DNA from: Anthoceros angustus
Lineage: Eukaryota; Plantae; Anthocerotophyta
NCBI GenBank assembly: GCA_010909165.1
Contig: MU008170.1
Coordinates: 248,001 to 312,000 of the forward strand
Direction: 5' to 3'
Length of the DNA: 64,000 bases
Position 1 is the first letter of the stretch. Each line of letters opens with the position of its first letter. Under the pieces are notes generated by a model. That model was not told the DNA's origin and did no database searches. It was given only the letters and a program-made list of their open reading frames with translations. The position numbers and the translations under genes are program-made. Of the stretch, positions 21,860-34,952 are shown in pieces.

Positions 21860-24400
21860 GGGAGGGAAAGAGGCCGAATGAATAAGAAAAGCCAGCCACC
21901 AAACTAGGATGGAATGGAAGGTAGGATGGCAAAACCTAAAAAGGAGCAGCTATGAGGGGCCCTCTCCGTTTTGGATTGACATAGATAAAAGCATTGGAAG
22001 GACTAATTCCCACCCTACAGACCAACAAGACCACCCCTAAACCCCCCAACAAGCCCATAAAACTAGACAAGACCTGCTAAACCAGGGGAAAAGGGGGTTG
22101 TGATAGAAGATTGGCGCGACAAATAACGACTCCGCTAGGTAACTAAGGGCGTCTCAACCATGGGCAAGTGACAGTAGATCCAAGCCGTGCATGTCTCCCC
22201 CTTGAGAAAGCTCGCATGGTACCAATCTTTGGTTTTAAACTTTTTAGGCTAGACTAGCTTAGAGCTGCCCTGACACCAGCATTAGCTCCCGCGTATGACT
22301 ATACAGCCCGTGCAGAGAGGCGGGGAAATTACCCCTATGACAACACTAGTCCAATTAGTCCATAGAACAAAAGGACTAGTGGCCCACAAATGTCCCCACC
22401 AGGTTTCTGCAAAGAGTGGAGCGCTGTGTGCTCCATGGAGCCCAAACAAGGCAGTATGCTCCACGATTCGAATTCTTTCTCAGGGGAAAAGCCGTTAACG
22501 TTGAAGCCAGTTTTCCAAACATCCCCAAAAGGCTCTAGGATAAGCACAACAGAAGAAAATGTGCTGGTTTTTGTGTCTACCACCAGGCTTGCATAGTTTG
22601 CAGTTGTCTTCGTCAATAACAACAAAGAGCCCATCCCACCTGTTCGCGTTTGCAAGTGCAGCTTGCAAAAATAGCCAAACTGTGGCTCCCATCTTAGGTG
22701 GAATGCGTGGGGTCTTCCAGAGGAGGTGAACGGTATGCAGTTGGCGAGACTCTCCTAAACCCAACCGAGATGAGCAAGGATTGCACTCGGCTGTGAAGAA
22801 GACGCAACTGGGCTTCCTTTTGAATTTTGAAATTGGGGGAATGGAGGTCGCAGGATGGCCAGGAATCCACGTGATCACAACCAAAACCTTTTTGTGCAAT
22901 CAGATAGGAAGACTAGGTTACAGCTAGTATCTTGAAGATGGGTGCCACTTAAATAGCCAAGCTCTGCCGCTGCCACTCCGCGAAGATAGATGCTTTGTTG
23001 CGTATCCTATACCTTGCTTGACAGAAGCAATAATATGTGTCTCATTATGAGGAAAGCAATAAAATGGTGGAGGAACACATAAAAAAGAGATAGCTCGAGT
23101 ATCTACTTGATGTCCTACAATACCCTCTGATTGGGCTCATGATGATATTGAGCAAAGGTCGAATCCTGCTTTATGGTAAAGAGGAGGACAAGAAGCACCA
23201 CTTACATACATGTTCCCATGAATAGCCTGCATACAAAGGCTTGCAAGGCGCTTCACACGGTGCTCCACTCTGGTCCTATCAGTCGGACAACAATCGTTTG
23301 TTAAAATAGCTTGAACACTTCCTGCAACATGGAAATCCATTGTGGCGGTAGACCAATCGAATGAGTTGGGAAACATATGCAAACGCTCCTTCAATTGGCA
23401 TCAGAGGGAGGAAAGAAGATGTGCTTAACCAGTGCAACAAGCCTGCGATGCACACATCCACATGTTAGGAGCCCTTGACACTTTGATCACGGCAATGATG
23501 CAAGCAACCCATAATAGGCAGAGCACCCTGCCTTGGTAAGCCATGATGTTTATGCTGCGCTCCGTCATGTGGAAATGCTTAGTATTCATGGGAGGAAGCA
23601 TGGGGGGGGCACCTCGCCGGGACGCCGGACGCTGCTCCAAGTAGCCAGGACGCCAGATGTTAGCTACTCCACGGAGCCAGGGCGCCGGATGATGATCTAG
23701 CAAGAATGCCGGATCCTTCCTCATGCAGTCGGACACCAGATGCTTATCCAACAAGAACGTCACATCCTTCTCCACGCAGCCAGGACGCCGGATCCTACTC
23801 CACGCTATGGGGACGCCGGATCCTACTCCACGCTATGGGGATGCCGAATTCTGCTCTAGTTGCCATCTGCCCTAGCCACCATCTTGAAGATCTGCCTCCA
23901 AATCTTCCATAGTCAGGGTGCCCTCCAAATCTTCCTCCTCGGCCCACTACCCTAGCTGCCAAATCGGAGGTAAGCCTCCAAAACTTCCGTAGTGGGGATG
24001 CCCTCCAAATCATCCATAGCGGGGGTGCCCTCCAAATCTTCTTCCTCCGCCATCTGCCCTAGCCGCCATCACCCAGAGCATGCCGGAGCCACCACCATCA
24101 CCACTTCTAGCGCGGGGCTATGATCTTCCCTCTGGCACCGAATTGCCATTTGAATTAACCTAATTCGGTTAGATGCATGTTTGCCATTGATTGGCTTTGG
24201 TTGTAGTTGTGGACAGCGGAACTCAACCCTAAGTCCACAATCGAAGACTTTAGGCAACTTCAGGTAAGGAGCTTAGTCGCTCCTTTTCATCTTGACCTCC
24301 GGGGTCCACCTTCGTTGTCCCCTGCTGGATGGGGTTTTTCCCATCGTTTTTTCCCTCAATTGGACTCTAGGTATGGGATGTCAAATATGAAATATATATG
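21860..24400 (-). mobile_element. Internally deleted L1-like LINE remnant
   Basis: zf-RVT-type motif LWKTPRIPPKMGATVWLFLQAALANANR..CKLC..QHIFFCCAYPRAFW at ~22510-22730. A G/R-rich repetitive 5' ORF lies at 23590-24120, and a T/G-rich 3' UTR-like tract at ~21860-22100. Boundaries are approximate. Confidence 0.6.
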
Positions 24401-25348
24401 TACATACAAAGACCACAATACATAAGATTGTGAACTTTGAACTCCCAGCCATGGACATGTCAAAAATATATTATTGATAAATCTAATAAAATAAAATATT
24501 TTAATTAGGTATATATATTAAATCCAATATTATTCCAGCCGTAAAACTCAACTTGTAAATTGATGACCCACATTTACAACTTAATCCATGGCATGTATTT
24601 TACAATAGAGGTGTTATAATGCAAATTATCCATAATATTTTAATCTGAAAAAAATATTGTAAAGCAGCCAACAATATTTACGGCTCCCATACGATCATTA
24701 GGTTTATGAAGTAGGTTATAAAGTAATTCGATATAATAATAGAATCCTTAAATTCCAGCTTTAAAATAGGTTGAATGCTTTATAACAACTGCTTCGACCT
24801 ACGCATTTACAGGAAAATGTACAAGGTAGTATCAGTATTTTTCTTTTTAAATAAAACATAATTTTAAAACATAATTTATAACACATGTAATTTACAACAC
24901 CGTGTACAAGGGACAAATATTACTATGTTGTAAAAACAAATATCAGCGGAAACAATAGACCCCATAAAAGCAAAATAACAACTTAAAAGTAATATGAAAT
25001 TTTAAAATATTAAATGTTTTAAAAAAATTCATTATGAAATAACCATCAGAACCTCCAAGCCATCTTTGTAACAAGGTATAGTCACGTTGTAAATAACCGT
25101 TTGGGTTTTAGCCAAAAGAATTCCAAATGAGCCCGTTGTAAAACTTGTTTCGGCCCAATTTGAGCTAGGGCTTGGTTTTGAAGCTTGTAAATGCGCCTCT
25201 ATTTAGGCTGGGAAGAAACGCGACTGAGCCTCCTTCCGAAGTTTGAAACTGGAGGAATGGAGGTCGCAGGATGGCTGGGCGCGTTGGGCTCCATTCTTTT
25301 CTTCGGATCTTACGGTGGGTGCGGTTGTCTTGCTTCAGAGCGTGGTGA

Positions 25349-26679
25349 ATGGGCAAGGCCGTAATTGGTGTCGTCTGTGTGCTGGTAGCTGTGCCCATCC
25401 GGATGCCGTCGGCTATGGCAGCGCCCTTGGACCCGGTGGTATTCCAAGCCTACAAGTCCCTGGCCTGCTTCTCCACGTCCTGGCTGGTGCTGCTGTATGT
25501 GGTACGTGCCATGGCTTCCTGGCAGCGAAGACGATTGCGAAGCAGGGCTGGCATTATGTGCTGACGGATGCCTTGAGCCTGTGCCCGTGCAGCCTCTCAA
25601 GTTCACGTGGTGGGGCATGGTGGGAGCCGGGCTGTGGGTGGTGACGGGGGTGGGAGCCATCATGGGGGTGCGGCTGGCGGGGATAGGCACGGCGCAGTCT
25701 CTATGGAGCGGCCTCAGCAGTAGGGTCAGAACCACCAGGCCGGCCTGAGTTGCTGCAGCCAGGAGCTCGGGGTTAGGGCCGGGGAATGGCGGGGTGTGGG
25801 AATGCGCTAACAGGGTGTGTGAATTGGGGTGGTGCAGTTTTCGTGTCCTATGTCTGGGGAGCGTATGTGTTCGGGGAGCCGGTGAAGAATCCCGGGTTGG
25901 CGTTCCTGGCGCTTGGGGTGATGGCAGCGGGGATGGTGGGGGTGGGCAGGGCTGCTGCTGGGGAGTGGGGCTCCTCCGAGGAGGGCTGGAGCGCCCTGCC
26001 GCCCTCTCCCAAGACCAGCGGACGATGGCTCTCAGGCAAGCGTTGCTTCTACTCCAACAGCTTCACCAAAGGCGTCTTGTGCGCCATTCTTGTGGGTCTG
26101 CTTAATGGCAGTTTCCTGGTGCCTCTGCAGTTCGCCAACAAGGTGCAGCATTTGATATACCAGCGTCCTTGGCCTGCTCGTTGTGAGAAGGAAGCGTGAC
26201 TAGGCGTCTGTGGCGCAGGATGTGGTTGGGGTAGAGTACCTTGTGTCATTTGGAGTTGGAGCCATGGTGCTCACCACGGTGGTTTTGGGGATCTACTTCG
26301 CCGTATTGAGTTTCCTCGGCCTGCCGCTGCCGGCATTTCGGCTGGGAAGCGGGGCTGCCCCTGCTATTGCAACTGGGTTGATGTGGAGCGCTGGAAATTT
26401 TTGCAGGTGAGTCCATTCATCCCCCTTGTTCTTCTTCTGTCCACAGCTTGCCGCAGCTGGTGCTGAGAGTGCTGGCCTGGTTGCAGCATCTATGCAACCA
26501 CAGGGCTCGGTCTGTCTCTGGGATGGCCCTTGGTGCAGTGTCAGCTGCTTGTCAGTGCAAGCTGGGCTGTTTTCTTTTTCAAGGAAGTGCAGGGTAAGAA
26601 AGCAGCTGCGACGCTCTTGGTTTCTTCTGCCGTGGTGTTGTTAGGAGCTGTCATGTTGTCCCAGTTTGGTACAATTTGA
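25349..26679 (+). CDS. TMEM144-like (DMT superfamily) multi-pass membrane protein, 5 exons
   Basis: Exons 25349-25501, 25593-25719, 25838-26142, 26219-26406 and 26487-26679 join in frame through GT-AG introns. Motifs DPVVFQAYKS, GIGTAQSLWSG, GLLNGSFLVP, YLVSFGVGA, GLMWSAGNFCSIYA..LGLSLGWPLVQCQLLVSASWAVFFFKE. Stop TGA at 26677-26679. Confidence 0.85.
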
Positions 26680-26711
26680 TGTTTCTTTTGAATTTTTACA
26701 GAAAACATAAA

Positions 26712-26862
26712 TTAAATATCACCCGATTTTTGGCGAAGCTTACTTCTCCGCCAAGCCCAACACCTCTTACCCGTATGGCATCTAGCTTTCCTAGTCTCTG
26801 ACACAAGCTAGAAGCAAGCTCTGAACATGACGCCGGCTGCGTTCCATCTATATCGTCAAGGA
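26712..26862 (-). pseudogene. Diverged duplicate of the last ~150 bp of the FNTA coding sequence
   Basis: [31 protein letters not shown] versus [31 protein letters not shown]. Shared DNA gcttacttctccgccaagcccaa and ttaaatatcacc. Frameshifted. Confidence 0.85.
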
Positions 26863-26918
26863 GCCAAACCTTAAATGTCACCCAAACGAACCCTTAAATG
26901 TCTTCACCCTAATAACCC

Positions 26919-28345
26919 TTAAATATCACCTAATTTCTGGGGAAGCTTACTTCTCCGCCAAGCCCAATATCTTGCCCTTATGGCGTCTAACGTTTCTAGT
27001 CGCTGACACAAGCTAGAAGCAAGCTCTGACGGTGAGGCCGCCTGCGTTCCATCTACAGCTTCAAGGAGGTCCTTGTGGCTGCTCAGAGTAGGATGGAACC
27101 CGAGCTCAAGGAGATCAATAACAAAGGATAATGCGTGTACGCAGTTGCGATCCATCGCAAGGACATCTGTGCATAAATTGCTTATAGTGGACTCCTTCAC
27201 CATACCCAATTTGTCATCTCGAAAAAGGCCTCTTAAATATCTCCAGGGACTCTCGTTGGAGTCTCCAGCACTTGCTCCACCTCGTATCACCTTGTCACAA
27301 TATCGCATCTCAGACTGTCGTGCAGCTGCTAAACCTCCTGATAACGGGCTTTTGGTGATGACGAAGTAGCGCTGCAAGAGGAGACTGGAAAGTCAATAGT
27401 CGGACACCGGAGTAGCGTGCCACATACCACATATGAAGGATGCTTTCTAGATTTCAGAAGGACACACAACCTGGTTCCATGCTGAGTTATTAAATGCATC
27501 CTCACTTAGCAGCCGGTCGCAAAAGTCGAGCTCCCATTCCCAGCCACCAAACTCTGTTAAAGTCCACTGTTACCCGGGACGACACTAGTTATAAGACTTC
27601 AGTGAGAGGCTTTATGCACATCGCAAAACCTGCCAACAAACTGACCTGACGGTGACACCAGGCATGATAGTTTTTAGAATCCTCTTCAAGGACAGCTTCC
27701 GTGAGCTCCATTTCTACTGCTACACATCCAGCACCTATTTTTGTAGCAACCCAACGCCTGTGGTTCCTGCACAGGGTCAGCATGAACGGATGAGCACCAT
27801 GTCCACTGAAGGACATATCAACAAGCAGGAACCAGATAACCTGGTAAAAGGCAGCGTGAAACTACACTGACCATATTTGGTAGTTCTTAGTGTTTTCCCG
27901 TGTCACACTCTCAAGATAGGCTAGCTCCGTCTCAAGGTCAGTTTTCAGGGCCTCAAGAACAAGCCTCCGAAAGTACCATACCTATGGAGACATTCGGTAA
28001 GCTTCAGTTACAGAGGACAGTTACACCAGAGCACCATAGACAGGCCAGTTGAACACACCAATTTTCTCCTAACATGTGGAGGAGCATCCAGTAATATCAG
28101 CGTACCGTGTGATTTGCAGCATCCACGGATATGACTTCAGCCGTAAGACGAAGCGCTCGTTCACTCCTCTCATCCTTGTTGAGGATAGCACGAAAATAGT
28201 CCATCACCTCCCTGAACTTGGTAGAGTGAGCAATGGGCACAACTGGATTGGGCCCATCATCTTGAGGAATAGGAGTCACATCAGCCCAATCTGGCCGGTC
28301 TCTGAAGCTCACAAATTCGGGGCTACTTCCATCACTCGGGTTCAT
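26919..28345 (-). CDS. FNTA: Protein farnesyltransferase/geranylgeranyltransferase type-1 alpha subunit (PLURIPETALA homolog)
   Basis: [44 protein letters not shown] repeats ([47 protein letters not shown]) and C-terminal [12 protein letters not shown]. Multi-exon with GT-AG introns. Confidence 0.95.
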
Positions 28346-28789
28346 GCTGGAGTTACCACCGATTCATCATCCGTCTTCCGCCAGGTGCGCAAACACAGAC
28401 TAGACCCGAAGCCGCAGCTTGACAGCTGGAAGCTGGACGAGGCGGGCTGCTGCTACAGCTGGCCCTGCACGGCAACCTCGTTTTTGCAAGGCTAACCTAC
28501 CAAAATGGTGCTAGCATAAATCAAAGCAGAAAGTTGGATAACGTAACATAGAAAACCTAGGAATGGTGGCTCTTCCCAGCGATTGGCCGAGCTGAACCAC
28601 ATAATAGAGGCATCTCGGTTGTCCCCAGTGAGACGGACTCTGTGAATTCACCAGCACCGATTGTCCACTTTATTCCGAATGTGTCCTACCAATCTGTACC
28701 AAATCCTTGCTGGGTTAAACCCAATCGAAGGCATACGTAACAAGCAATCACCCCAAGGCACCCCGATGCTTTTCTAGCGAAGATCTAAG

Positions 28790-29435
28790 GAGCTCAGCTC
28801 AATTTGATCAACACGTTGTCCAAGTGTGGCAGCCAAGAGGACGGTCACAGCGTGTTTGACCGACTACATCATAAAAGGATGTCGTGACATGGAGTGTTGA
28901 GATAGTAGGAGATCCCCAGGGAGGCAGGGGTGAGGAAGCTCATCCTCTTGGTGTTGAGAGGAGAAGGCATCTCCCCACCCAATTCTGTGCAGGCATGTGT
29001 AACAACAGACCAGCTTCAGGCTCGTGCCTGATGCTGGTCTGTTGTTGGCAACAGTTTTTTAAAGATGCGTATAAGTGGAGCAGCTTCCAGCTTGCAAGAG
29101 TGTGTTCGACAGGCTTTGTCGGGGAGACGTGGTGACATAGACCACTGTCATGGCACGATATTCCCAGCAGGGCACGGATCAGGAAGCACTGTGTCACAAC
29201 GCTGTGCAAGAACATCTGTATCGAACTACTCAATCCAGTGACAATCCTGTGCTTGCTGTAGGCATATGCAATTGTGAGTTTCACGGCCCTGGAGAAAGGT
29301 AAGGAGCTCCATGCTCAGATTTTGTGTGACAAGGCCTTCAAACCAATTTGGCCGTCGCCAACAATTTGATGAACATGTACTCTAATTGCGGCAGCCTATG
29401 GCATGCTCTGTGCGAATTTGACAAGCTCCATGCAG
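28790..29435 (+). pseudogene. Decayed PLS-class pentatricopeptide repeat (PPR) gene fragment
   Basis: Frameshifted motifs LINTLSKCGSQEDGHSVFDRL..DVVTWS..GRGEEA, ALEKGKELHAQI and VANNLMNMYSNCGSLWHALCEFDKL match PLS PPR consensus. Confidence 0.8.
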
Positions 29436-29572
29436 TTCAGCTTCATGCGTCCCTTCCTTCAGGTTGCATGCATCTACACCTCGTCTCAAAAAAGAAAAGT
29501 GGTACAACCAAATGGGAAAAAGCACGCTGAGACCTGCCCCTGCCAGAGCAGAGCAGAGCAGTGCAGTTACAC

Positions 29573-30775
29573 CTAACTAGCACCTACGGTCTCAACATTA
29601 TTGCTGACATTCTCAACCACCTGAGGCGGGGAGGAATTATCATCCACCCCGCTCTTCTGTGACCCTGTTAGCCGAGCCAGATAAACAAAGCTCGTCCCCC
29701 CAAGCACATTATTCACCGCTCTGATGACGAACACGCAGGACTTGAACAAACCGGGAGTCATAACACCAGCCAGAGCAAACTCCACCCCGTTCACCGCCTG
29801 ATACCGCAGATTGGAGCTGAGCCCCATGTGCCCGGCCCAGGTGGCCGCATTCAGAATGGTCGGCGGCGACTCGTTCTGCGGCACGAAGCTAGGATCCAAC
29901 TTCTTCCTGATATCCAGCAGCGCGTTAGAGAGCGCAGTCCCTGCCAAGCCAGCCACAAACCCGACGGCGGCAAACTGCACCCCTTTGTAGATGAAGGTCC
30001 CCGCCCTGTCAACAAAAGAGTACGCCCCAGGCTCGAACATGTGCCCGGGGGGGCACGAGGCGAAGAATCCCGGCAGCCGGGACAAGGCTGCAGCGCCAAC
30101 CAAGGATGTCGGAGCCAACATATACATCAAAGTGAAGTTCAGAATCATTCCCACCACGACAGTAGAGAAGACAAAGTCCAGCTCATCCAGCCCGAAGTTC
30201 GGTCGTGAGGCCATGTCTCCCAGCACGCAAGCTCCCACTCCAATCACCTCCTCCGTCAGCACCTTGAAGGGAAACTGCGGATCCGCCTTCACCCGCTCCC
30301 TCCACCCCCGCAAAAGCGCGGCAAAAATCCCGCCATCCTCCCGCTGCCCGTCCCCGTCGGCCCCGGCCGCGGCCGTTCCAGTCCCCCGCCGCCGCCGCCA
30401 CCGCCTCCCTGAGCCCGCCGAGCCTGTTCCCGCCGTCCTCCTGCAGGCCGAGGGCCTCCCCGCCGCTGCCCCGAGGCTGCCGGAGGCGGCGCTCCTGGCC
30501 ACCAGGTTCCGTGCGTGCTGCCTCAAATCCATCACACATCCGGGGTTCCCCAAGCCCGCCGTCCTGAGCTCCGCCCCGTCGGCCGCCGCCATCACCACAA
30601 TTCTCTTGCACACCGCTGCGGCTGCCGTCCTCCTTGCTCCAAACCCTTTCTTGGAGTCAGCAAAGAGCGGATTGAACCTGGCGCCGCCCGATCCCGCCTG
30701 CGCGCCATCCGCGCCCTCCACCACCGCCACATGCAGCTGGAAACATAGCCTTTGCGCCACAGCGGAGCCTGCCAT
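29573..30775 (-). CDS. RETICULATA-RELATED (DUF3411) plastid envelope protein, RER2/RER3-like, single exon
   Basis: GWRERVKADPQFPFKVLTEEVIGVGACVLGDMASRPNFGLDELDFVFST..NFTLMYMLAPT; HMFEPGAYS; MGLSSNLRYQ. The N-terminus is transit-peptide-like and Gly/Ala-rich. First ATG at 30775. Confidence 0.92.
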   Translation of the reverse strand: MAGSAVAQRLCFQLHVAVVEGADGAQAGSGGARFNPLFADSKKGFGARRTAAAAVCKRIVVMAAADGAELRTAGLGNPGCVMDLRQHARNLVARSAASGSLGAAAGRPSACRRTAGTGSAGSGRRWRRRRGTGTAAAGADGDGQREDGGIFAALLRGWRERVKADPQFPFKVLTEEVIGVGACVLGDMASRPNFGLDELDFVFSTVVVGMILNFTLMYMLAPTSLVGAAALSRLPGFFASCPPGHMFEPGAYSFVDRAGTFIYKGVQFAAVGFVAGLAGTALSNALLDIRKKLDPSFVPQNESPPTILNAATWAGHMGLSSNLRYQAVNGVEFALAGVMTPGLFKSCVFVIRAVNNVLGGTSFVYLARLTGSQKSGVDDNSSPPQVVENVSNNVETVGAS

Positions 30776-31443
30776 CTCTCCAGCCCCCGTCAGCGGCAGC
30801 GCATCGAGCAGCTGAACCTCCAGATCTCGCTCTGCCACCGCAAGCACAGCTCCCGGCCCCGGCAGCGACAGGAATCACACACACGATGCCGGGAGCAACC
30901 GCATGCAGCGACCGAGCGCGATCCAAGACACAAACAGAAATGGCGGGAGCAGGGCTGGAAAGGCGCTGCTACATGTAGTCTGGAAAAAATGGACAGCTTC
31001 ACTGGAAGTCTGACACCCCTCGACCAGGCTGCCGGGCCTGGAGGCCTGGATCCGAGGCCGCTAACATAAATGCAGGTCAGGCGGCGTTTGTCTCGCTCTT
31101 TGGACGGGGAGTACAGACATCCGGAACACTTCCAAGGTGCAATCACAAATTCAAAGAGCGGTGAAATAAGGTGAAGAGTTAAAAGAGAAAAAAAAGCTAA
31201 TTAGTAGCTGCCCTTTTGATAAGATGCATGTGTTACATCCTTAGGCAATCTCTATTAGAGAGGAATTGCTGGAGCCACTAATGAAGAGCTGCCTAGAGAG
31301 GATTCTTAGTAATCAGTGGTCTGCAAGAATCCCCTGAGTTAGTAGCTGGTTGAGCCGAGCCTGCGGGATATATAAGGGCTAGAGAGAGCCTAGCACCCAT
31401 CAGTTCATGGTGTGCTGCAAGCTTTATGTTGAAAGAGCTATGT

Positions 31444-31546
31444 GTGAATAAAGAGCAGAATCTCAAGGAAGTGGTTGTGAATAAAGAGCAAAATCTCGAG
31501 GAGGTGGTTGTGAATAAAGAGTAGAATCTCGAGGAGGTGGTTGTGA
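31444..31546 (+). repeat. 3 x 33-bp repeat in the 5' LTR containing AATAAA
   Basis: tgtgaataaagagcagaatctc(a/g)agga(a/g)gtggt, three copies. Confidence 0.9.
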
Positions 31547-34500
31547 GTCGTTAGTTGACGGCGAGTTACTTGAAGCCTAGTGCTGCGTCGTGAGATCGAG
31601 AACAGTGAAAGTTGTGCAAATCTCTATGTGGAGTGAATTGGCGAGGTTCTAAACCGTTGGGAAGCCTGTATTTGCCGCTTCCTCACTGGCTATGTAGTGA
31701 GCGGTGTTGGTTTCTGGTATCAGAGGTCCATCCCATCGAGTGACTAGAGAGTGCACAAGATGGTCAATGAGAAGCGCATCCAAGAAGATGCTCAAGAAAC
31801 GTCCTGCCCATTATCCACCTTAACTGCCTAAAGAAATGAGGACTTCCAGAAAAAAGACGAAGCAGAATGCGGAGCCCACAGCTCAACAAGATGAAGATAG
31901 GAAAGAACAAAATAGAGAGATCTATCCAGCAAATGCTACAGGAATCTTCAAAGTGCCACCCAAGTCGAGCATGAAACTTACTCTACCAAATAAGGTTATG
32001 CCTTGGTCTGATGGCGGAGTTATGGTGCTAATGTTACCTAGGGTAACCAAGCACATACAATCACAGACTAGACATCTTTTAAAGAAGCCCTCAAGAAGCA
32101 ATTCCAGCCTGCGACTGCTTCGCGTTTGAGTCAGTAGTAGCTTGATAATATCAGGCAAATAAGTACTGTCAAGATTATGTCAGTACCTTTCGTGATGCTA
32201 GAATGCATTGCACTGCCATGGGTGAGGATGACAAGTTGCACCGCATTATGGCTGGTTTGAAAGATTGGACTGTCAACAGTATACTCCTACAACATTAGTA
32301 GAAGCACTCATAGCTGCAGATGTCATCCTAGACACATTCCATTCAAGTACATCCAACTCCTCCAAAAGATTTCGAGGTAATGCCCGTGGTTGGTATGCCA
32401 GACTAAAGGAAGCTCTAGTAGTGCAGGCAGAGGAGTTGGCAAGGATACTAGCAAAAATGAAGTTGCAGGATACAATCCAAGAGCAAATTTTCCCGGAAGA
32501 ATCCGAGGAGCACGTAGAGGCTGCGAAGCTTAAGCTTAGAGAACAGTCACAATGGGATCTCGGAAAGGATCCTACTACTCTTGTGGAGAGCCGAAACATT
32601 GTGCAAATGAACGAATGCTAACTCTCGATGTAGTAGAAGGAGATCCACAGCCCCAAAGACTAAGGATCGCAGAAGTGGCTGGATCCGAGGATCTTAAGTG
32701 ATGGGATCAACCACATGTCGCAAAGGCTACATGTAGCGAGTCTCAGAGTGCCATGAACGGCCTTATTCAAAGGGCGGGGGTGGAGAGCTTATGTATAGAC
32801 ATGGATGTCTAAATGGAGTAGAAGTCGCGAGGATGTTGCTTGACTTAGGAGCAACACATAATTTCATTTCTCCTAGCAAGGCGAGCAAGCTTAGTTTGAC
32901 ATGGGCTAGTACATCTGAGCCATGTGGGCTGAAACAAGCTAAAGGAATGCTACGATACATAGGTGAATTGCAGGAAATGCCTTTGCAGATAGGGAATTGG
33001 AAATGAGCAGTTGTAGACATGGATGATCATGAAATCATCTTGGGCTTAGAATGGATGAAGTTCAATAAGGTATGTGTGAACATGGACTCATACACCATAC
33101 AGATCTTAGGAGATGAAGAGCACAAAGTGAGTTGTGTAGTTCTCAAGCAAGGGCTTGGAGACAGCATTGAAGATATCATCTCTCAGATTGAGCTCAAGCG
33201 TTGTGTAAAGGATGGAGAGGAACTCTTTTTACTTGTGTTGCAATGGCTAGAGGATGGTCTTGAGATGGAGTCTCAAGAGCAGCCAAAGATTCCAAGGGAA
33301 GTGCAGCTAGGCTGTCTTAGATCCTTCTTTACCTCCTAGAGTTGTGGATCATTAGATTGATCTAAAGCTAAGAAGTAAATCGTCTTGAAGAGCACCGTAT
33401 AGATTGTCGTAGGATGACCTGCAAGAGCTGAAGAGACAGATGTCTAACCTGCTAGCCAAGGGCTATGTAAGAATCTCAAAGTCCTCATATGGTGCGCCGA
33501 TGTTGTTCATACGCAAGAAGAATGGAGGATTGAGATCATGCTTAAATTATAGAGCACTCAATCATATTAAAATGAAGAATTCATGTCCTTTGCCAAGGAT
33601 GGATGATCTGTTTGACAGATTGAGAGATGCTAAGTACTTCACCAAGTTGGATCTAATGGCCAAGGTAGTGCTGAGTTTCGTCTTCAGAAACTCGAATGTC
33701 TTCTAACATTCTTGATCCCACTTCCAAGCCTCCGCCTTCTTCAAGAGATCAGTTAATGGGGTAGCAATCTTGGCAAATATATCAGTACAAATCTTCTATA
33801 CACTCTAAAGAAAGCCTACTTGCGAGATCCATTGGTATAGGACTGGATCAATAAAGTGGAGCAACTAGGATTTAAGTTTGAAATTAGAGATGGCTTGTTG
33901 ATATTCAAGCAGAACAGGATTGTGATTCCTGGTTCTCAAGAGTTGAGAAAGAAGTTGCTTGTAGAGTGTCATGATGTGCCAAGTGGAGGTCATCGCGCGA
34001 TTGACCCAACTTATGAGAAGTTGAGAAAGTTGTTTTACTGGCCTTGAATGTAGAACCATATTATAAAGTATGTTAAGTCTTGTGTAGACTATCAGCAGGA
34101 TAAGGTAGAGCAAACAAATCCCCAGGTTTGTTGCAACCCAGGAATTGGAATTGGGACACCCAACCGTGCATATACCCCCTTGCTTATTCCAAGTGGGCCT
34201 TAGAAAAGTATATTAATAGATTTCATTATGCCATTGCCAGAATGTAATGGACGCACATCTATCATGACAATGGTTGATAGATTCAACAAGCAAGCACACT
34301 TCATCCCCACCAAGAAGCGAGTAAAAGCTTCTGAAATCACTTAGTTATTCAAAAAGCGTATCTATGTATTACATGGAGTGCCTATACAGATTGTGAGTGA
34401 CAAAGATTCCACATTCACTGCAGAATTTTGCCAATAGCTTATGAAGAGCTTAGGAGGGCAATTGTGTTTGAACACGGCGTATCACTCTAATACAGATGGA

Positions 34501-34952
34501 TTAATAGAGAGGGTGAACAGAATCCAAGAAGAATACTTACGAAACTATGTACAGATGGACCAGCGAGACTGGAATGATCATCTTCAAGATGTAGAGTTTT
34601 GGCAGGACTGTGTCATCCTAGTTCACCACAGACCTCATGGATTGCGGAAAATTGTTGAATTCTTGGCAAAGAGAGTAGCGCCTCTTATTTGTGGTTATGT
34701 ACTAGAGTATCTGGTAAGGCTTCGTGGTTATGCGGATCTTGTATAGGTTTCACTTGAAGATGTGCAACAAGGATCACAGATGCTCTCAGGTTACACTGGA
34801 GGTCATTGAGGATCTTTGTGATTTGTGGTCTACAAGAATCCCTTGAGTTAGTAGCTGCTTAGTTGATGTGAGCCTGCGGGATATATAAAGGCTAGAGCAA
34901 GGGCTTAATATGAGTCAGTTCATGGTGCGCTGCATGCCTTATGTTGAGATAG

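Noticed and set aside
24520-25160. AT-rich region with recurring ttgtaaa/tttacaa motifs, possible MITE
   Set aside because: TIRs and a TSD could not be defined by eye.
29828-31069. Long overlapping ORFs over the RER gene, and its lack of introns
   Set aside because: These are GC-rich shadow frames, and a single-exon structure is, to my knowledge, not unusual for this subfamily.
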